DNA of 64,000 nt from Abditibacterium sp. (GTDB lineage Bacteria; Armatimonadota; Abditibacteriia; Abditibacteriales; Abditibacteriaceae). The DNA lies in the NCBI GenBank assembly GCA_965199495.1, contig CBDASK010000003.1, forward strand, positions 4,416,001 to 4,480,000, written 5' to 3'. Of the stretch, positions 21,338 through 32,700 are shown piece after piece (position 1 is the first letter of the stretch; each line of letters begins with the position of its first letter). The position numbers and the translations under genes were made by a program. The notes under the pieces are model-generated. The model had not been told where the DNA came from and did no database searches. It worked only from the letters and a program-made list of their open reading frames with translations.

Positions 21338-21388
21338 TTTCCGGCACTGCCAAAAATCTTGCGAGCGCGCCGATTGCTCCCGAACATT

Positions 21389-22420
21389 ATGACTTCCAAA
21401 AGGAACCTATCGCCCAATCTCAAAACTCCCAAACGGGTGACGATGCAAGACATCGCCGACCGGGCGGGCGTCGGGAAAATGCTGGTTTCCAACGCGCTCA
21501 ACGGCAGGGGCAAAGTGGCGCCCGCGACCAGAGAGAAAATTTTGGGCATCGCCAGCGAGTTGAATTATATTCCCAACTTCGCGGCGCGCGCTCTGGCCGC
21601 CGGGCGCACCGGCATCATCGCCATCATTAGCGGCCCCATCAACGAACCGTATTATGGCGCGATAGTTCATCTGCTGGAACATCATCTTAGCGCCGAAGAT
21701 TTCCACTTGATGCTGCTGGGCACGCCCCGCGAAGTCGAAGAACTGGTGACTGGCAACCTCGCGGTGGACGGCGCCATCGTGATTGATATGCTGGGTTTGG
21801 TCAGCGAATTTCACTCTCATCCGACGATTCCCTGCGTTTCGGTCAGCACAACGCAACAAACTTTTGTGGATAGCGTTTTCGTAGACCTGAGCGCCAGCAT
21901 CGAGGAGGCGTTGCATCGGATGCTCCAAAGTGGGCGCCAACGCATCGCTTTTTTCATCACCTCCGACAGCATGGCCTTGCCGCGCGAGGTGCGCGCGCGC
22001 ACGTATGACGAAACCATGAAGCGCGCCGGACGCGAGCCAGAAATCATCAACGTCGCCACCGATGACGTTGACGAGGTTTACCTTAACTTCAAAGCGCATA
22101 TCGAAGCGCATGGTTGCCCCGACGCGTTGCTGTGCCAAAACGACGAAACCGCGATGTGCGCTTACGGCGTTTTGCGCAAGTTGGGCTATGCCGTGCCCGC
22201 CGACGTGATGTTGGTGGGTTGCGACGGGCAACACACCATGAAATATTTCGATCCGCCACTTAGCACCATCGCGCAACCGATGGAAGAGATTTGCGAGTTG
22301 GCGTGGAAATTTCTGCGGCAACGCATCGCCACGCCCAACTTGCCGCATCAAGCGGCGACGGTGCAGGGTACGCTAATCGTCCGAGAATCGCTGCTCGACA
22401 GCGCGGACTCTGCCGCTTGA
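21389..22420 (+). CDS. LacI-family transcriptional regulator
   Basis: VTMQDIADRAGV, YIPNFAARAL, CQNDETA, PPLSTIAQP. Confidence 0.92.
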   Translation: MTSKRNLSPNLKTPKRVTMQDIADRAGVGKMLVSNALNGRGKVAPATREKILGIASELNYIPNFAARALAAGRTGIIAIISGPINEPYYGAIVHLLEHHLSAEDFHLMLLGTPREVEELVTGNLAVDGAIVIDMLGLVSEFHSHPTIPCVSVSTTQQTFVDSVFVDLSASIEEALHRMLQSGRQRIAFFITSDSMALPREVRARTYDETMKRAGREPEIINVATDDVDEVYLNFKAHIEAHGCPDALLCQNDETAMCAYGVLRKLGYAVPADVMLVGCDGQHTMKYFDPPLSTIAQPMEEICELAWKFLRQRIATPNLPHQAATVQGTLIVRESLLDSADSAA

Positions 22421-22478
22421 AATCGGCAGATTTTTGATGAGATCGAGATATTGATGATATAATTTTCGGTGGAGCCAA

Positions 22479-22488
22479 ATACCGGTAT
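22479..22488. promoter_or_regulatory. ATACCGGTAT palindromic operator
   Basis: Perfect 10-bp palindrome; 5 intergenic copies in the window. Confidence 0.6.
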
Positions 22489-22504
22489 CTTAGCTTTTTG
22501 GATT

Positions 22505-23569
22505 ATGAATGAGAGCAAAACCCTGATGCCCAAAGCGCGCGCCCGGCGGCGCAAAAGCGAGAGCGTGACGCTTCAAAATATCGCGGATCGCGTGGGCGTT
22601 CATGTGATGACGGTTTCGCACGCGCTCAAGGGCACCGGGCGCGTGGCTGATGCCACGCGCACGACAATTCTGGGCGTCGCCGCCGAGATGAACTACAAGC
22701 CCAATCGCGCCGCGCGCGCTCTGGTCACTGGCAGAACCGGCGCCGTCGCCGTGCTGACCGGCCCGGTTAGCGAGCATTTTTACGCGCACGCCCTGCACCT
22801 GTTGGAACACGAATTGGAAGCCGACCAAATCCAGATGGTTTTTACGCGCGCCCGCGACGGTCAGGGCGACTTTGAAACGATGCTGCAATCGGGCATGGTG
22901 GACGGCGTGATCGCCATTGACGCCTTTTCGGAACTGCGCGCGCTTTCCAAAATTTCGAGTTTCGCTCTGCCCTGCGTTTACGCGGGCGTTTTGCGCCCGG
23001 AACTCGCGCCCTCGCTGTCGGTGGACAGCATCGCCATTGACCTGAGCGGCGCCGCGCGCGAAGCCGCGCAATCGCTTCTTGATCTGGGTTGCGCGCGCAT
23101 CGCTTATCTGATTTCTAACGAAGGCATGAGCAATCCCGAAGATGTGCGCGCGCGCACCTACCTCGACACGCTGCAAAACGCGGGACGAACGCTGGAAATC
23201 ATCAACGTGAACATCGGCACCGATACTTCATGCCGCGAACTGACGCGCAGTCGTTTGCGAGATTACATCCAGCGTAGCGGCGCGCCCGACGGTTTACTGT
23301 GCCAAAACGACGAAATGGCCATCGCCGCTTACCGCGCGCTCCGCGACCTGAACCTGCGCGTGCCCGAAGACGTGCGCCTCATCGGTTGTGACGGACTGGA
23401 CGACATGGAGTATTTCGATCCGCCGATCTCGACGCTGGTGCAGCCGATAGAGGAAACCTGCGCGCTCGCGTGGAGATTTCTGCAACGCCGCCTTGCTAAT
23501 CCCGATTTGCCGCTGCAACACGCCGTTTTGCAAGCCCAACTGCGAAAACGCCCCTCGATGGCGCGCTAA
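22505..23569 (+). CDS. LacI-family transcriptional regulator
   Basis: VTLQNIADRVGVHVMTVS, YKPNRAARAL, CQNDEMA, PPISTLVQP. Confidence 0.92.
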   Translation: MNESKTLMPKARARRRKSESVTLQNIADRVGVHVMTVSHALKGTGRVADATRTTILGVAAEMNYKPNRAARALVTGRTGAVAVLTGPVSEHFYAHALHLLEHELEADQIQMVFTRARDGQGDFETMLQSGMVDGVIAIDAFSELRALSKISSFALPCVYAGVLRPELAPSLSVDSIAIDLSGAAREAAQSLLDLGCARIAYLISNEGMSNPEDVRARTYLDTLQNAGRTLEIINVNIGTDTSCRELTRSRLRDYIQRSGAPDGLLCQNDEMAIAAYRALRDLNLRVPEDVRLIGCDGLDDMEYFDPPISTLVQPIEETCALAWRFLQRRLANPDLPLQHAVLQAQLRKRPSMAR

Positions 23570-23741
23570 ATTCATGCGCCCTTTATAACGCGCGCGAACA
23601 GAGCAGCCACCGCCATAGACCACGGGCATAGACGCATTGACTTGGCGGTGTTTTCTGAGCAAAAGCGCGTTGTCATGTGCTTCATTTCGATTTCCGGCGC
23701 GGCGGCATACCCGCGCACCTAATAATTTTTTTCTATTTAAT

Positions 23742-23783
23742 GTTTGAAAACCAGTCGAGTTGGGTATACTAATCTAACGTTAG
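23742..23783 (+). promoter_or_regulatory. Promoter GTTTGA-N17-TATACT followed by CTAACGTTAG operator
   Basis: Conserved promoter at 23742-23770; palindrome at 23774-23783 over the expected +1. Confidence 0.72.
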
Positions 23784-23826
23784 CGCAAATGAGTGTAAAT
23801 AGGATTTTCGGCGCCAGCGTATCACC

Positions 23827-24642
23827 ATGAAAAATATCCACACACACAACCAAAAAGCAAATCAAGCCTTCACGCTTATCGAGTTGTTGGTCGTCATCGC
23901 GATTATTGCTATCTTAGCGGCCATCTTGTTTCCGGTTTTCGCTCGTGCCCGCGAAAACGCGCGCCGTTCGAGCTGCATGAGCAACTTGAAGCAGTTGGGT
24001 TTGGGCATGATGCAATACACGCAAGATTACGACGAGAAATATCCTTGCCCCGGCGAAACCAGCTACAATGGCGAAAATCGCAATAACGATGGTTCGGCCA
24101 AGCAAGCTTCGTGGCGCCAGAAGATTTATCCTTACGTCAAAAGCACGCAACTTTTTTCCTGTCCGTCCAATACCCATAATGCCGACATCGCTGATGTTGG
24201 TGCGCCGGGAGTTGCGGGTTCGCCCGTGCCTCAAATGCCGGTGTCTTATATGATCAATTATAACCTCTATGTATCGCCGGGTGGTTATCAAGGATTGAGC
24301 ATGGCTCAGATCGATCAAGCCTCAACGCGCATCGCTATTGCCGAGGGCGGCGCCGACGGTTGGAATTGGACGGCATTCTCTCCGGGTTGGGGCACAAACA
24401 TCGCTGGTCGCGCTTTCGCCGGACATTTGGGCACGTTCTGTCTGGTTTATGCCGACGGACACGCCAAGGCCAAGCGCCCCGCCACAACTGCGCTTCCCTT
24501 AAACGAGTGGGGGCGCGGCGTTCTCTACAGCAACGACGGAAGCTGTGACGCCTATATCGCTGCCAATGCAATAAACTGCGCGAACCCAACGCCCACCGTT
24601 ACGGCGTATATGCAGGCAGTGGAACAGAAATATCCCGCGTAA
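23827..24642 (+). CDS. Prepilin-type DUF1559 / H-X9-DG protein
   Basis: [14 protein letters not shown]...; [15 protein letters not shown]. Confidence 0.92.
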   Translation: MKNIHTHNQKANQAFTLIELLVVIAIIAILAAILFPVFARARENARRSSCMSNLKQLGLGMMQYTQDYDEKYPCPGETSYNGENRNNDGSAKQASWRQKIYPYVKSTQLFSCPSNTHNADIADVGAPGVAGSPVPQMPVSYMINYNLYVSPGGYQGLSMAQIDQASTRIAIAEGGADGWNWTAFSPGWGTNIAGRAFAGHLGTFCLVYADGHAKAKRPATTALPLNEWGRGVLYSNDGSCDAYIAANAINCANPTPTVTAYMQAVEQKYPA

Positions 24643-24656
24643 TCTCTCTCGGTTGC

Positions 24657-24700
24657 CGCGCAAAGTCGGCGCTCTGTTTCAGAGTCGCCGACTTTGCGCG
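24657..24700 (+). terminator. Hairpin directly after pilin-like gene
   Basis: cgcgcaaagtcggcg...cgccgactttgcgcg. Confidence 0.65.
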
Positions 24701-24750
24701 CTTCCATTGCTTTTCATCCTCCTCGCGATTCAATCTTTAGTTTTCATTTT

Positions 24751-26616
24751 ATGCCAATTCCATCCATTCGATCTTTTCCCCAAATTTCTCCCCTGTTCGC
24801 CGTGGCTGTTGCCACGGCGCTGACTATTTCTGCGGCGCGAGCGCAAGAAGTCGCCGTCGCCAGTCCCGACGGTCACATTCGCGCGTTGATTAATTCGACA
24901 GCCAACGGCATTAACTATCGCGTGACCAACGATCAACGCGCCGTGATTTTGCCGTCGCCCTTGGGCATCAGCGTGGACGGGCGTAATTTGGCGACCGGCG
25001 CGACTTTGCAGGCCGGAGCATCGCGCCAATTCCGCGAAAATTATCCCGTTCGGGGCGTTCATAACACCGCGCTCAATTTTTACAACGAAACGATTTTCGC
25101 GGCGCGTAGCGGAGCCAACCAAACGCCGTGGCAACTCGAAGTGCGCGCCTTCAATGATGGCGTGGCGATGCGCTATCGCGTGCCCGGAACGGGACAACAC
25201 CATGTTGACGGCGAAAGCACCGGCTGGCAGTTGCCATCCGGCAGCGTGACCTGGGCGCAAAGTAGCACCGATTCCTACGAACGTCCCTACCTCGAACAAA
25301 CGGTGGATACGCTCGCCCCGAACTCAAAGATTGCGGCGCCGCTCGTGGCCAAACTCCCCGGCGGCGCTGGTTACGCGTTTGTCAGCGAAGCCAATTTGGT
25401 CAATTACAGCGACATGGCGCTTCGCGTGGGCGAAAGAGGCGCGGTCAGCGCTCAGTTCGATAAAAACCCCAACGGCTGGGATACCACTGGCGAAATCGTC
25501 TCGCCGTGGCGAGTGACGATGCTGGTGCCCAATTTAACCGCGCTGGTCAATTCGGATCTCCTGCGCAACCTGTGTCCGCCGCCCGCGCCCGAACTGCGTA
25601 ATGCTGCGTGGATTCAACCGGGCCGCAGCACTTGGCACTGGATCGTGACGGGGCACCCGCAGTTTTCGCAACAGCACCGGTGGGTAGATTGGACGCAGCA
25701 ACTGGGCTTTGAATACTACTTGATTGACGACGGCTGGCGCGACTGGCGCGAGGGCGACAAAGGCCAATGGCCCTTGATGAAAGAGGTGGTGGATTATGCG
25801 CGCACCAAAAACGTGAAAATTTGGGCGTGGGTCAATTCGCACGAGGTTTTTAAGCCCGAAGACCGCCTCGCTTACTTCCAAAAAGCCAAAGACGCCGGTT
25901 TGGTGGGACTGAAAATTGACTTTCCCGAAAAGCCCGATGTCGAGTGGGTCAACTGGTATGACGACGTGTTGCGCGATGCAGCCACGGCGCATTTGATGAT
26001 TGATTTTCATGGCGCGGTCAAGCCGACGGGCCGCGACCGCACCTGGCCCAATGAATTGACGCGCGAAGCCGTTCTGGGGCGCGAAAGCGGCAAATTGCCC
26101 GCGCTTCACGATACGTCTTTGCCGTTCACGCGTATGGTGCAGGGCAACGCCGATTACACGCCCACCGATTTCAGACCTGGCCGACTCGGTGGCTCCAGTT
26201 GGGCGCGCGAATTGGCGCAGGCCGTCGTTTATACCTCGCCGTTTTTGTGCTACGGCGGCAGCCCGGAAAATTATCTGCAAAACCCGGCGGTTGACGTGCT
26301 GAAATCCATTCCATCAACTTGGGACGAAACCATCGTTTTGCCCGACAGCGAAATCGGTCGCACCGCCGCCTTCGCGCGGCGCAAAGGCAACGACTGGTTC
26401 ATCGGCGTTGTCAACGGCAACGACGCGCGTCCGCTCAAAGTCAACCTCGGTTTTCTGGGCGCGGGCCGCTATAACGCCGTGTTGCTGGGCGATGACACCA
26501 CGCGCAACGACGCATGGAAACGCGAAGAACATATCGCAACCAACAAAGACACCCTGACTCTCGACCTACGCCGCGAAGGTGGTTTCGTGGCGCGCTTCAC
26601 CAAAATCAATCCTTAA
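24751..26616 (+). CDS. GH97 glycoside hydrolase (retaining, alpha-galactosidase-like subgroup)
   Basis: EVRAFNDGVA.RY, SPWRV, WIQPGRSTW, GLKIDF, IDFHGA, RTWPN, PFTR..G.ADYTP. Confidence 0.88.
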   Translation: MPIPSIRSFPQISPLFAVAVATALTISAARAQEVAVASPDGHIRALINSTANGINYRVTNDQRAVILPSPLGISVDGRNLATGATLQAGASRQFRENYPVRGVHNTALNFYNETIFAARSGANQTPWQLEVRAFNDGVAMRYRVPGTGQHHVDGESTGWQLPSGSVTWAQSSTDSYERPYLEQTVDTLAPNSKIAAPLVAKLPGGAGYAFVSEANLVNYSDMALRVGERGAVSAQFDKNPNGWDTTGEIVSPWRVTMLVPNLTALVNSDLLRNLCPPPAPELRNAAWIQPGRSTWHWIVTGHPQFSQQHRWVDWTQQLGFEYYLIDDGWRDWREGDKGQWPLMKEVVDYARTKNVKIWAWVNSHEVFKPEDRLAYFQKAKDAGLVGLKIDFPEKPDVEWVNWYDDVLRDAATAHLMIDFHGAVKPTGRDRTWPNELTREAVLGRESGKLPALHDTSLPFTRMVQGNADYTPTDFRPGRLGGSSWARELAQAVVYTSPFLCYGGSPENYLQNPAVDVLKSIPSTWDETIVLPDSEIGRTAAFARRKGNDWFIGVVNGNDARPLKVNLGFLGAGRYNAVLLGDDTTRNDAWKREEHIATNKDTLTLDLRREGGFVARFTKINP

Positions 26617-26619
26617 CCA

Positions 26620-28614
26620 ATGAATAAATTTCGTTTTCTTACCCTCGCCTTGGCCATCGGCGGCGCCGCTCTGGTGGCGCCGCGTGTGGCGCAGGCCCAA
26701 AATCAAGTTCAGGCGAACCAAACGCAAAGCGCGACGCTACTCGATTCGCTGTTTTCCGATGACGGCATTTTGCAGCGCGACCGCGCCATCCCGATTTGGG
26801 GCCAGGCCGCGCCCGGCGAAACCGTGACGGTCAAACTCGACGACCAGACTTTGACCGCACGCGCTGATGCTTCGGGCCAGTGGATGGTGCGCGTCGGGCC
26901 GCTCCCCGCATCAGCCACGCCGCACACATTGTCGGTTTCAACTCCGACGCAAGTCGTGACGCGCCGCAACATCGTTTATGGCGATGTGTGGATTTGTTCG
27001 GGACAATCGAACATGGAATGGGGCGTCGGCAATTTGCCCAACGCCAAAGAGGAAATCGCTGCCGCCAATTATCCCAATATTCGGCTGTTCACCGTAGCGC
27101 ACAAAGTGGCGTTCACGCCGCAAACCGACCTGGGTTCTTCGCGCTGGCTGGTGTGCAATCCGCAAAACGTGGCGGCCAACGGCTGGAACGGGTTTTCGGC
27201 GGTGGGCTACTTTTTCGGGCGCAAACTGAATCAGGAATTGAACGTTCCGATTGGCCTGATTAACTCCTCGGTGAGCGGAACCGTGGCCGAAGCGTGGGTG
27301 AGCCAATCGGCGCTGGGCACGATTCCCGATTTTCGCCCGGAATTGGCGCGCGTTGCGCAAGCTGTGCGCGACCAAAACGTGCCTTTGGAGCAGAGAACCG
27401 AGGCGTGGCTGCGTCAAAGTTCGCCGAATTATCAGTCCGATTGGACCACAGCGGACGCCGCTGTTTCCAAGTGGAAAACGGCTCCGGTGCCGGGTAGCTG
27501 GGGCGGCTTAGGCATCGCTGAGCTGAATGACGACTCCAACGTCGTGCTGTTTCGCCGCGAAGTCGAAGTGCCCGCAGACTGGGCCGGTCACGATTTGCAA
27601 CTGCAACTCGGCCCCATCGACGACCGCGACACGACCTATTGGAACGGCGTCGCGGTGGGCAACACCAGCGGTTGGGACACGCCGCGCAACTATACGATTC
27701 CTGCGGCTCAGGTTAAAGCGGGGCGCAATATTCTCGCGGTGCGCGTGACCAATGACAGCGGCAGTGGCGGTTTCGGCGGCGCCCCTTCGGCGCTGCGTTT
27801 GACGCGCGACGCGAACACGTCTTTGCCTCTGGCGGGCGATTGGAAGTTTTTGTTGGTCACCACGCAGGCGCAATTGGCCACGGCGCCGATTAGCGCCGAC
27901 CAGGGAAATGCAAACGTGACGAGCGCGCTTTATAACGGCATGATCGCGCCGCTCGTGACCTTCGGTATCAAAGGAGCGATCTGGTATCAGGGCGAACAGA
28001 ACGCCTCACGCGCCGCGCAATACGAGCAACTTTTGCCCACGCTCATTCGCGATTGGCGCAGCAAGTTCGGCGAGCCGATGCCGTTTTACATCGCGCAACT
28101 GGCGGGTTATATGGCGCCCGACGACTCGCCTAAAAACGACGATTGGCCGCAACTGCGCGCCGCACAGATGAAAACCGCGCTCACGGTTCCAAATACCGGC
28201 ATCGCCATCACCACCGACATTGGCGACGAAAAAGATATTCACCCGAAAGACAAACAAGATGTCGGTTTGCGCTTGGCATTGGCGGCTTTGTCCGGGACTT
28301 ACGGCAAAAAAGTCGAAAGCTCTGGCCCGACGCTGCAAGCCGTCAAACCCGACGGCGCCAATTTGCGTTTGACGTTTTCGCATGCCGACGGCGGCCTGGC
28401 GCTGAAGGGCGATACCAGCCGCGTGTTCGCCGTGGCTGGTGCTGACCGCAACTGGTTCTGGGCCACGCCGCGCGTCGAAGGCAACACCATCGTTTTGAGT
28501 TCGCCAGTTGTCGCCCATCCCGTCGCGGCGCGCTTCGGTTGGTCGAATCTGCCACGCGCCGCGCTTTACAACGGCGCCCAATTGCCCGCCGCGCCGTTCT
28601 CGACACTTCCTTAA
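26620..28614 (+). CDS. Sialate O-acetylesterase-family (SASA) carbohydrate esterase with inserted sugar-binding domain
   Basis: GDVWICSGQSNM, GAIWYQGE, DIHPKDKQDVG. Confidence 0.88.
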   Translation: MNKFRFLTLALAIGGAALVAPRVAQAQNQVQANQTQSATLLDSLFSDDGILQRDRAIPIWGQAAPGETVTVKLDDQTLTARADASGQWMVRVGPLPASATPHTLSVSTPTQVVTRRNIVYGDVWICSGQSNMEWGVGNLPNAKEEIAAANYPNIRLFTVAHKVAFTPQTDLGSSRWLVCNPQNVAANGWNGFSAVGYFFGRKLNQELNVPIGLINSSVSGTVAEAWVSQSALGTIPDFRPELARVAQAVRDQNVPLEQRTEAWLRQSSPNYQSDWTTADAAVSKWKTAPVPGSWGGLGIAELNDDSNVVLFRREVEVPADWAGHDLQLQLGPIDDRDTTYWNGVAVGNTSGWDTPRNYTIPAAQVKAGRNILAVRVTNDSGSGGFGGAPSALRLTRDANTSLPLAGDWKFLLVTTQAQLATAPISADQGNANVTSALYNGMIAPLVTFGIKGAIWYQGEQNASRAAQYEQLLPTLIRDWRSKFGEPMPFYIAQLAGYMAPDDSPKNDDWPQLRAAQMKTALTVPNTGIAITTDIGDEKDIHPKDKQDVGLRLALAALSGTYGKKVESSGPTLQAVKPDGANLRLTFSHADGGLALKGDTSRVFAVAGADRNWFWATPRVEGNTIVLSSPVVAHPVAARFGWSNLPRAALYNGAQLPAAPFSTLP

Positions 28615-28634
28615 ATCGGAGGAATTTGAATGTT

Positions 28635-28674
28635 ACAAAACCCGCCTTTGCCACCAAACAAAGGCGGGTTTTGT
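28635..28674 (+). terminator. Rho-independent terminator
   Basis: aaaacccgcctttg...caaaggcgggtttt. Confidence 0.8.
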
Positions 28675-28781
28675 TTTCAAATACACGGTTCTAACCCTCA
28701 AGGGCAGGAAAATATCTGTTAGAAAAAGAACCTTATTGCTTATGAAGAGAGGTTAATCATACGTCAGTTTCGCATAAGTTA

Positions 28782-28847
28782 TAGAACTTACGCAGTTGAT
28801 TCTAATATTCCTCCGTAGTTTTCAAACTACGAAATGCGTAAGTCCTA
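28782..28847. repeat. Small MITE-like element with TAGRACTTACGCA terminal inverted repeats
   Basis: tagaacttacgca ... tgcgtaagtccta; internal hairpin cgtagttt-tc-aaactacg. Confidence 0.55.
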
Positions 28848-28852
28848 AAGTT

Positions 28853-28968
28853 AAAACAAATCCCGCGTTGCAAGTTGCAAGGCGGGATTTGTTTTCAATC
28901 AATTATCATTACTGTCCGTCGTTGCGAAACGGCCAGGAAGTCAAAGCGGCGTCATTATAAAGCGTGGC
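28853..28968 (-). pseudogene. Relic 3' end and terminator of a SASA esterase gene
   Basis: Encodes ATLYNDAALTSWPFRNDGQ* versus ATLYNAAGLPATPFRTDGQ* of the gene ending at 35974; terminator resembles 35921-35960. Confidence 0.75.
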
Positions 28969-29041
28969 ACCATCGTTCCCTAAAGTCAATAATCTTGGCG
29001 ATGACAAAAGATAACTTGTGATTTCCCAGAACGCTATCATA

Positions 29042-29770
29042 CGGGCGTTTTTTGCAAAGTCACCGGGCCGAGCAAGCCCGACTGAGCGATTGCGCCCACG
29101 ACGATTGATAGCGATCCGCTACGAGCGCCTCGTCTGGGGTGGAGATGCCTAAAGCGTATCTCAGTAGCAGTGCATCGTAGGAGCATGGCTTGCCATACCG
29201 CTATTAAGACATAAGTTCTTGGCGTCACCTCGCAAATTTAGCAATGGCCTCAGCCGTCACCGGGGTGAACAGGTTGACCAAATTACCGTCCGGGTCGCGG
29301 AAAAGAAGCGAGCGGTTGCCCCAGGGCATCGTCGTCGGTTCCTGCACCAGCCCGTCGCCGATCAGGTCAACGAGTTGCCGATAGTCCGCGTCAACGTCGT
29401 CCACCTGAAACTCGAGGATCGCGCTGCTGTTCGCGGCAGGCGAGGCGACATCGGTGCCACCGAATGGTTGCAAGGTTTCGACGCTGCCGATAGCCAGGGT
29501 CGCAACCCCGGTGCGGAACTCCGCGAATGTGGGCACAGGCCGGTCGGCGCTCGTCCCTGTCACGCGCTCGTAGAAGGCGACCATGCCATTGATGTCGTTG
29601 GTGATAATTCTGACTGATATGAAATTCATGAGGGTTTCTGTTGAGTGGGCTTTGCTTACGTTCCCACGCCTGCCATTACGGTGCGCCGTGATGCACACGA
29701 TGTGAGACAATATCCAAGTTTCCATTACGCGGGCGTTTTTTGCAAAGTCACCGGGCCGAGCAAGCCCGAC
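29042..29770. repeat. 41-bp perfect direct repeat (29042-29082 and 29730-29770) flanking VOC gene
   Basis: cgggcgttttttgcaaagtcaccgggccgagcaagcccgac present twice; equals the last codons of the GH106 gene. Confidence 0.9.
29225..29629 (-). CDS. VOC/glyoxalase-bleomycin resistance family protein
   Basis: FYERVTG, LEFQVDDVDA, EPTTMPWGNRSLLFRDPDGNLVNLF. Confidence 0.9.
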   Translation of the reverse strand: MNFISVRIITNDINGMVAFYERVTGTSADRPVPTFAEFRTGVATLAIGSVETLQPFGGTDVASPAANSSAILEFQVDDVDADYRQLVDLIGDGLVQEPTTMPWGNRSLLFRDPDGNLVNLFTPVTAEAIAKFAR

Positions 29771-32700
29771 GGTTGTATGTCTTTTTCGGACAAGACGTTT
29801 CCAACCGTCGTGGAAGTGAAACGTTTGTCGGCGGGCTTATCGTTGTCGCCGATGAGCCGGTTCAGCCACAGGTTGGCGACGGTGACTTCCAGTTGGTTGC
29901 CCGTTGGCTTGAGCAAGCCCGCAGGAATGTTCACGCTCCAGGGCGCGCACCACACGCTGCCCAAATCGCGTCCGTTGATGCGCACCGAAGCCAGATTTTT
30001 GACGCTACCCAGCGACAGACTGTAAGTGCCGGGCGCCGTCGGTGCAGCCACGTCGAACGACGTGCGGTAAACGGCTTTGCCAGAATAATATTTGATGCCT
30101 TCTGAGGCGTTCTGGCTCCAATCGGTGAGCGTCGGAAAAGTGATGTTGGCCGGGCCGCCCCACTTGGGATCGAACGAAACGTCCCACGGACGCGAAAATG
30201 TCAGCAGCGTTTGGGGCTGGGGAAAGTTCTGTTTTGCCGCCACTTTTGTGGCGGTCGGCTTGCGGAAAACCACGAAGCCGCTCTCCTGCCCCGTAAGGCG
30301 CAACGGAACTTTGGTCACGCCGCCAGCGACAGAGTATTCGGGCAGCGCGCGCGTTTCGCCGTTGATCGGATTCCACCATTGCGGCGCCAAACCGGTCACC
30401 CGAAAACTGGCGACGGTTTGAATCGGTTGATCGCTTTTGTTGGCGATGAAATACAATTCGCCATTGCTCAAATGCCGGTGAATGGCGCGCATCGGAACGG
30501 TCGCCGCGAAATCGGGCGCCACGCCCATGCCCGACAGCACCGCCGCCGTGGCTGCATAGGGTTGGTAAATCGGTGCGAGTGGCGTCGCCAAATTCCACGG
30601 CCCGGTTTTGGATTCGCCCAAATCCGCAGCCGCGCTTTGCGGCCCGTCGGCGGTTTGCGAGGCTTGCCACGACGCGCCGGTCGTGTAATTTTTGCGGGTG
30701 CCATCGGTGTAGAAAACGCGGATCGCGCCGATGATTCCGGCGGGGTTGGGCGTGTCGCCGGTGGGCGTATCGCTGTCGTTGACGGCTTCGACGCGCACTT
30801 GATTGGTTCCCGCGCGCAAGTAGCTTTTCGCATCGAAACTGTCGATGTTGTGAAAATTATTGCCAGCGCCGACGAGTTTGTCGTTGATGAACAACCGAAA
30901 CGAGTTGTCGCCCGTCATTAAAGCGACCGCATCTTGTATTTTGCGGTTCGCATCCACTTCGATTGTGGTGCGAAAGTAACGTGTTCCAACCGGCGCGCTC
31001 GACGCGGGATTGCCTTCGGCATACCAAATCCAACGGGCGTCTTCCAGCGAAGGGCCGCTGTTGGCACCCGACATGGACGAAAGCACGACGCGGCCCTTGC
31101 CGACTTTGCGCGAGCTTCCCGTTCCCCACAGTTGAGCTGCCAAAGCGCGCACCTGAGCATCGGCGGCGGGAAAGTTGGTCAGGCTCGGCGATGCCGAGGG
31201 CGGGCTGCCGATAATGGTCGCGCCCGCTTGCGCCAATTCGTTGAGTTTGCGCAGCAGTTGCGGCGTCATGGTTGGCCACTGCGGCAGCACCAACACGCGA
31301 TAACTTGCGCCGCCGGGAAAGGCGATTTGGCCGTTCTTGACCGTCGCGTTACGCATCAAGGTGCGCGGCGAGCAGCCATCGAAACCGTAGCCTTTGCGGT
31401 CGGGCAACTCGTCGGTGAGCGCGTCGGCGGGCGGCGTAAAAACGTCGGGCGCGCCTTCGGGCGTCAGGTAGAGAATGTCGGCGACCGGCGCGCCCTGGCG
31501 CAGCATCTCGCTGGAACGCGAAATGTATTGGTGAAAAGCGGGCACCATGTCCCACCAAGTCTCGTGGCTATCCCAATGCACGCCATAACGTTCCATCGTC
31601 ATGCCGGGAAACCTGTTGACATCGGGCTGATGCTGGTAGGTGTGAAACACGATTTTGTTCAGCCCCGCGCACAGCGCCCAGTCGAGTTGGGCCTTCATCA
31701 CACCGGGATATAAGCGCCAGTAATCGCCCGAAGCGGTGAACGATTCGGCGCCGATGATATTTTTGCCGTTGGTATGACCGACCGAAACCGCTTCGTAAAC
31801 GCTGAAGTTGGCATCGTAGCCGTAGCCGCGCGCCCAAAACTCGCCCATCGGCAAATCGGCTGTCGAACCCAGATCGAGGTCGCCCGCCGGATTCATATCG
31901 TAAGGCTCGACCGAAAACTTCAGGCCGCGCCCGTGCGCGTAGGCTTTGAGGGGCAGCGCGTGGTTTTCGATGACTAACTCGGAAGCCGTTTGGCGCAAAT
32001 CCCACAAAAAACGCTCGGAACGCTCGGCGCTACCCACGACGTAACCCGACATCGCTGGCAGATAAGGCGTGGGATCGTAGCCACGGCGCGCGATGAACTG
32101 CTGTTTAAATTCGGGCGACCAGTTTTGGCTGCCCATTTCCCAACTGTCGAAGTGCAGAAAAGTCAGCCCGCCGTTTTGATTGTGCAATTCAGGCCCGACC
32201 TTTTTGAAAATCGTGCCGACATAATCTTCGAGTTGCGCGGCAACGGCGGGCTTGCTGAATTTATCGCTTTCAAAACCCAGACCCGCTTCGGGCGCCGGGC
32301 GCGTGGTCTGCCCAGTCAGCGTGCGGCCAAAGCGCAGAACCGTCCAATTGCCGGCGGGAACATCCCAGGTCAAACGGCCATCGGCGGCCATTTTGGAAGT
32401 CAGAACCACAACTTTGGTCGCATCAATTGTTTCGCCCGGAGGCACCGCAGCCGCATCGGTGGAAGGCTCGATGCGCGGCGGCGTGTTGGCCACCGAGGTA
32501 TAAGGCGCGCGATAGTAAAGCGCCTTGTGATCGGTATCGCTCAAGCGCGCTTTGCCTGCGGGCGTGGGAAACGCGATAACGGTCTCGTCGCGGTAGAAAT
32601 CATTCCATTGCTCGCGCAGTTTTGGCGAGAGCGAGCCTTGGCCGAAATAGGGTTCGCGCGGTTTGGGACGCGGCAAAACCGCGTCGAAGCGCGTCGGGCC

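Noticed and set aside
29083..29224. Integron attC site after the VOC gene
   Set aside because: No recognisable RYYYAAC...GTTRRRY imperfect palindrome and no integrase
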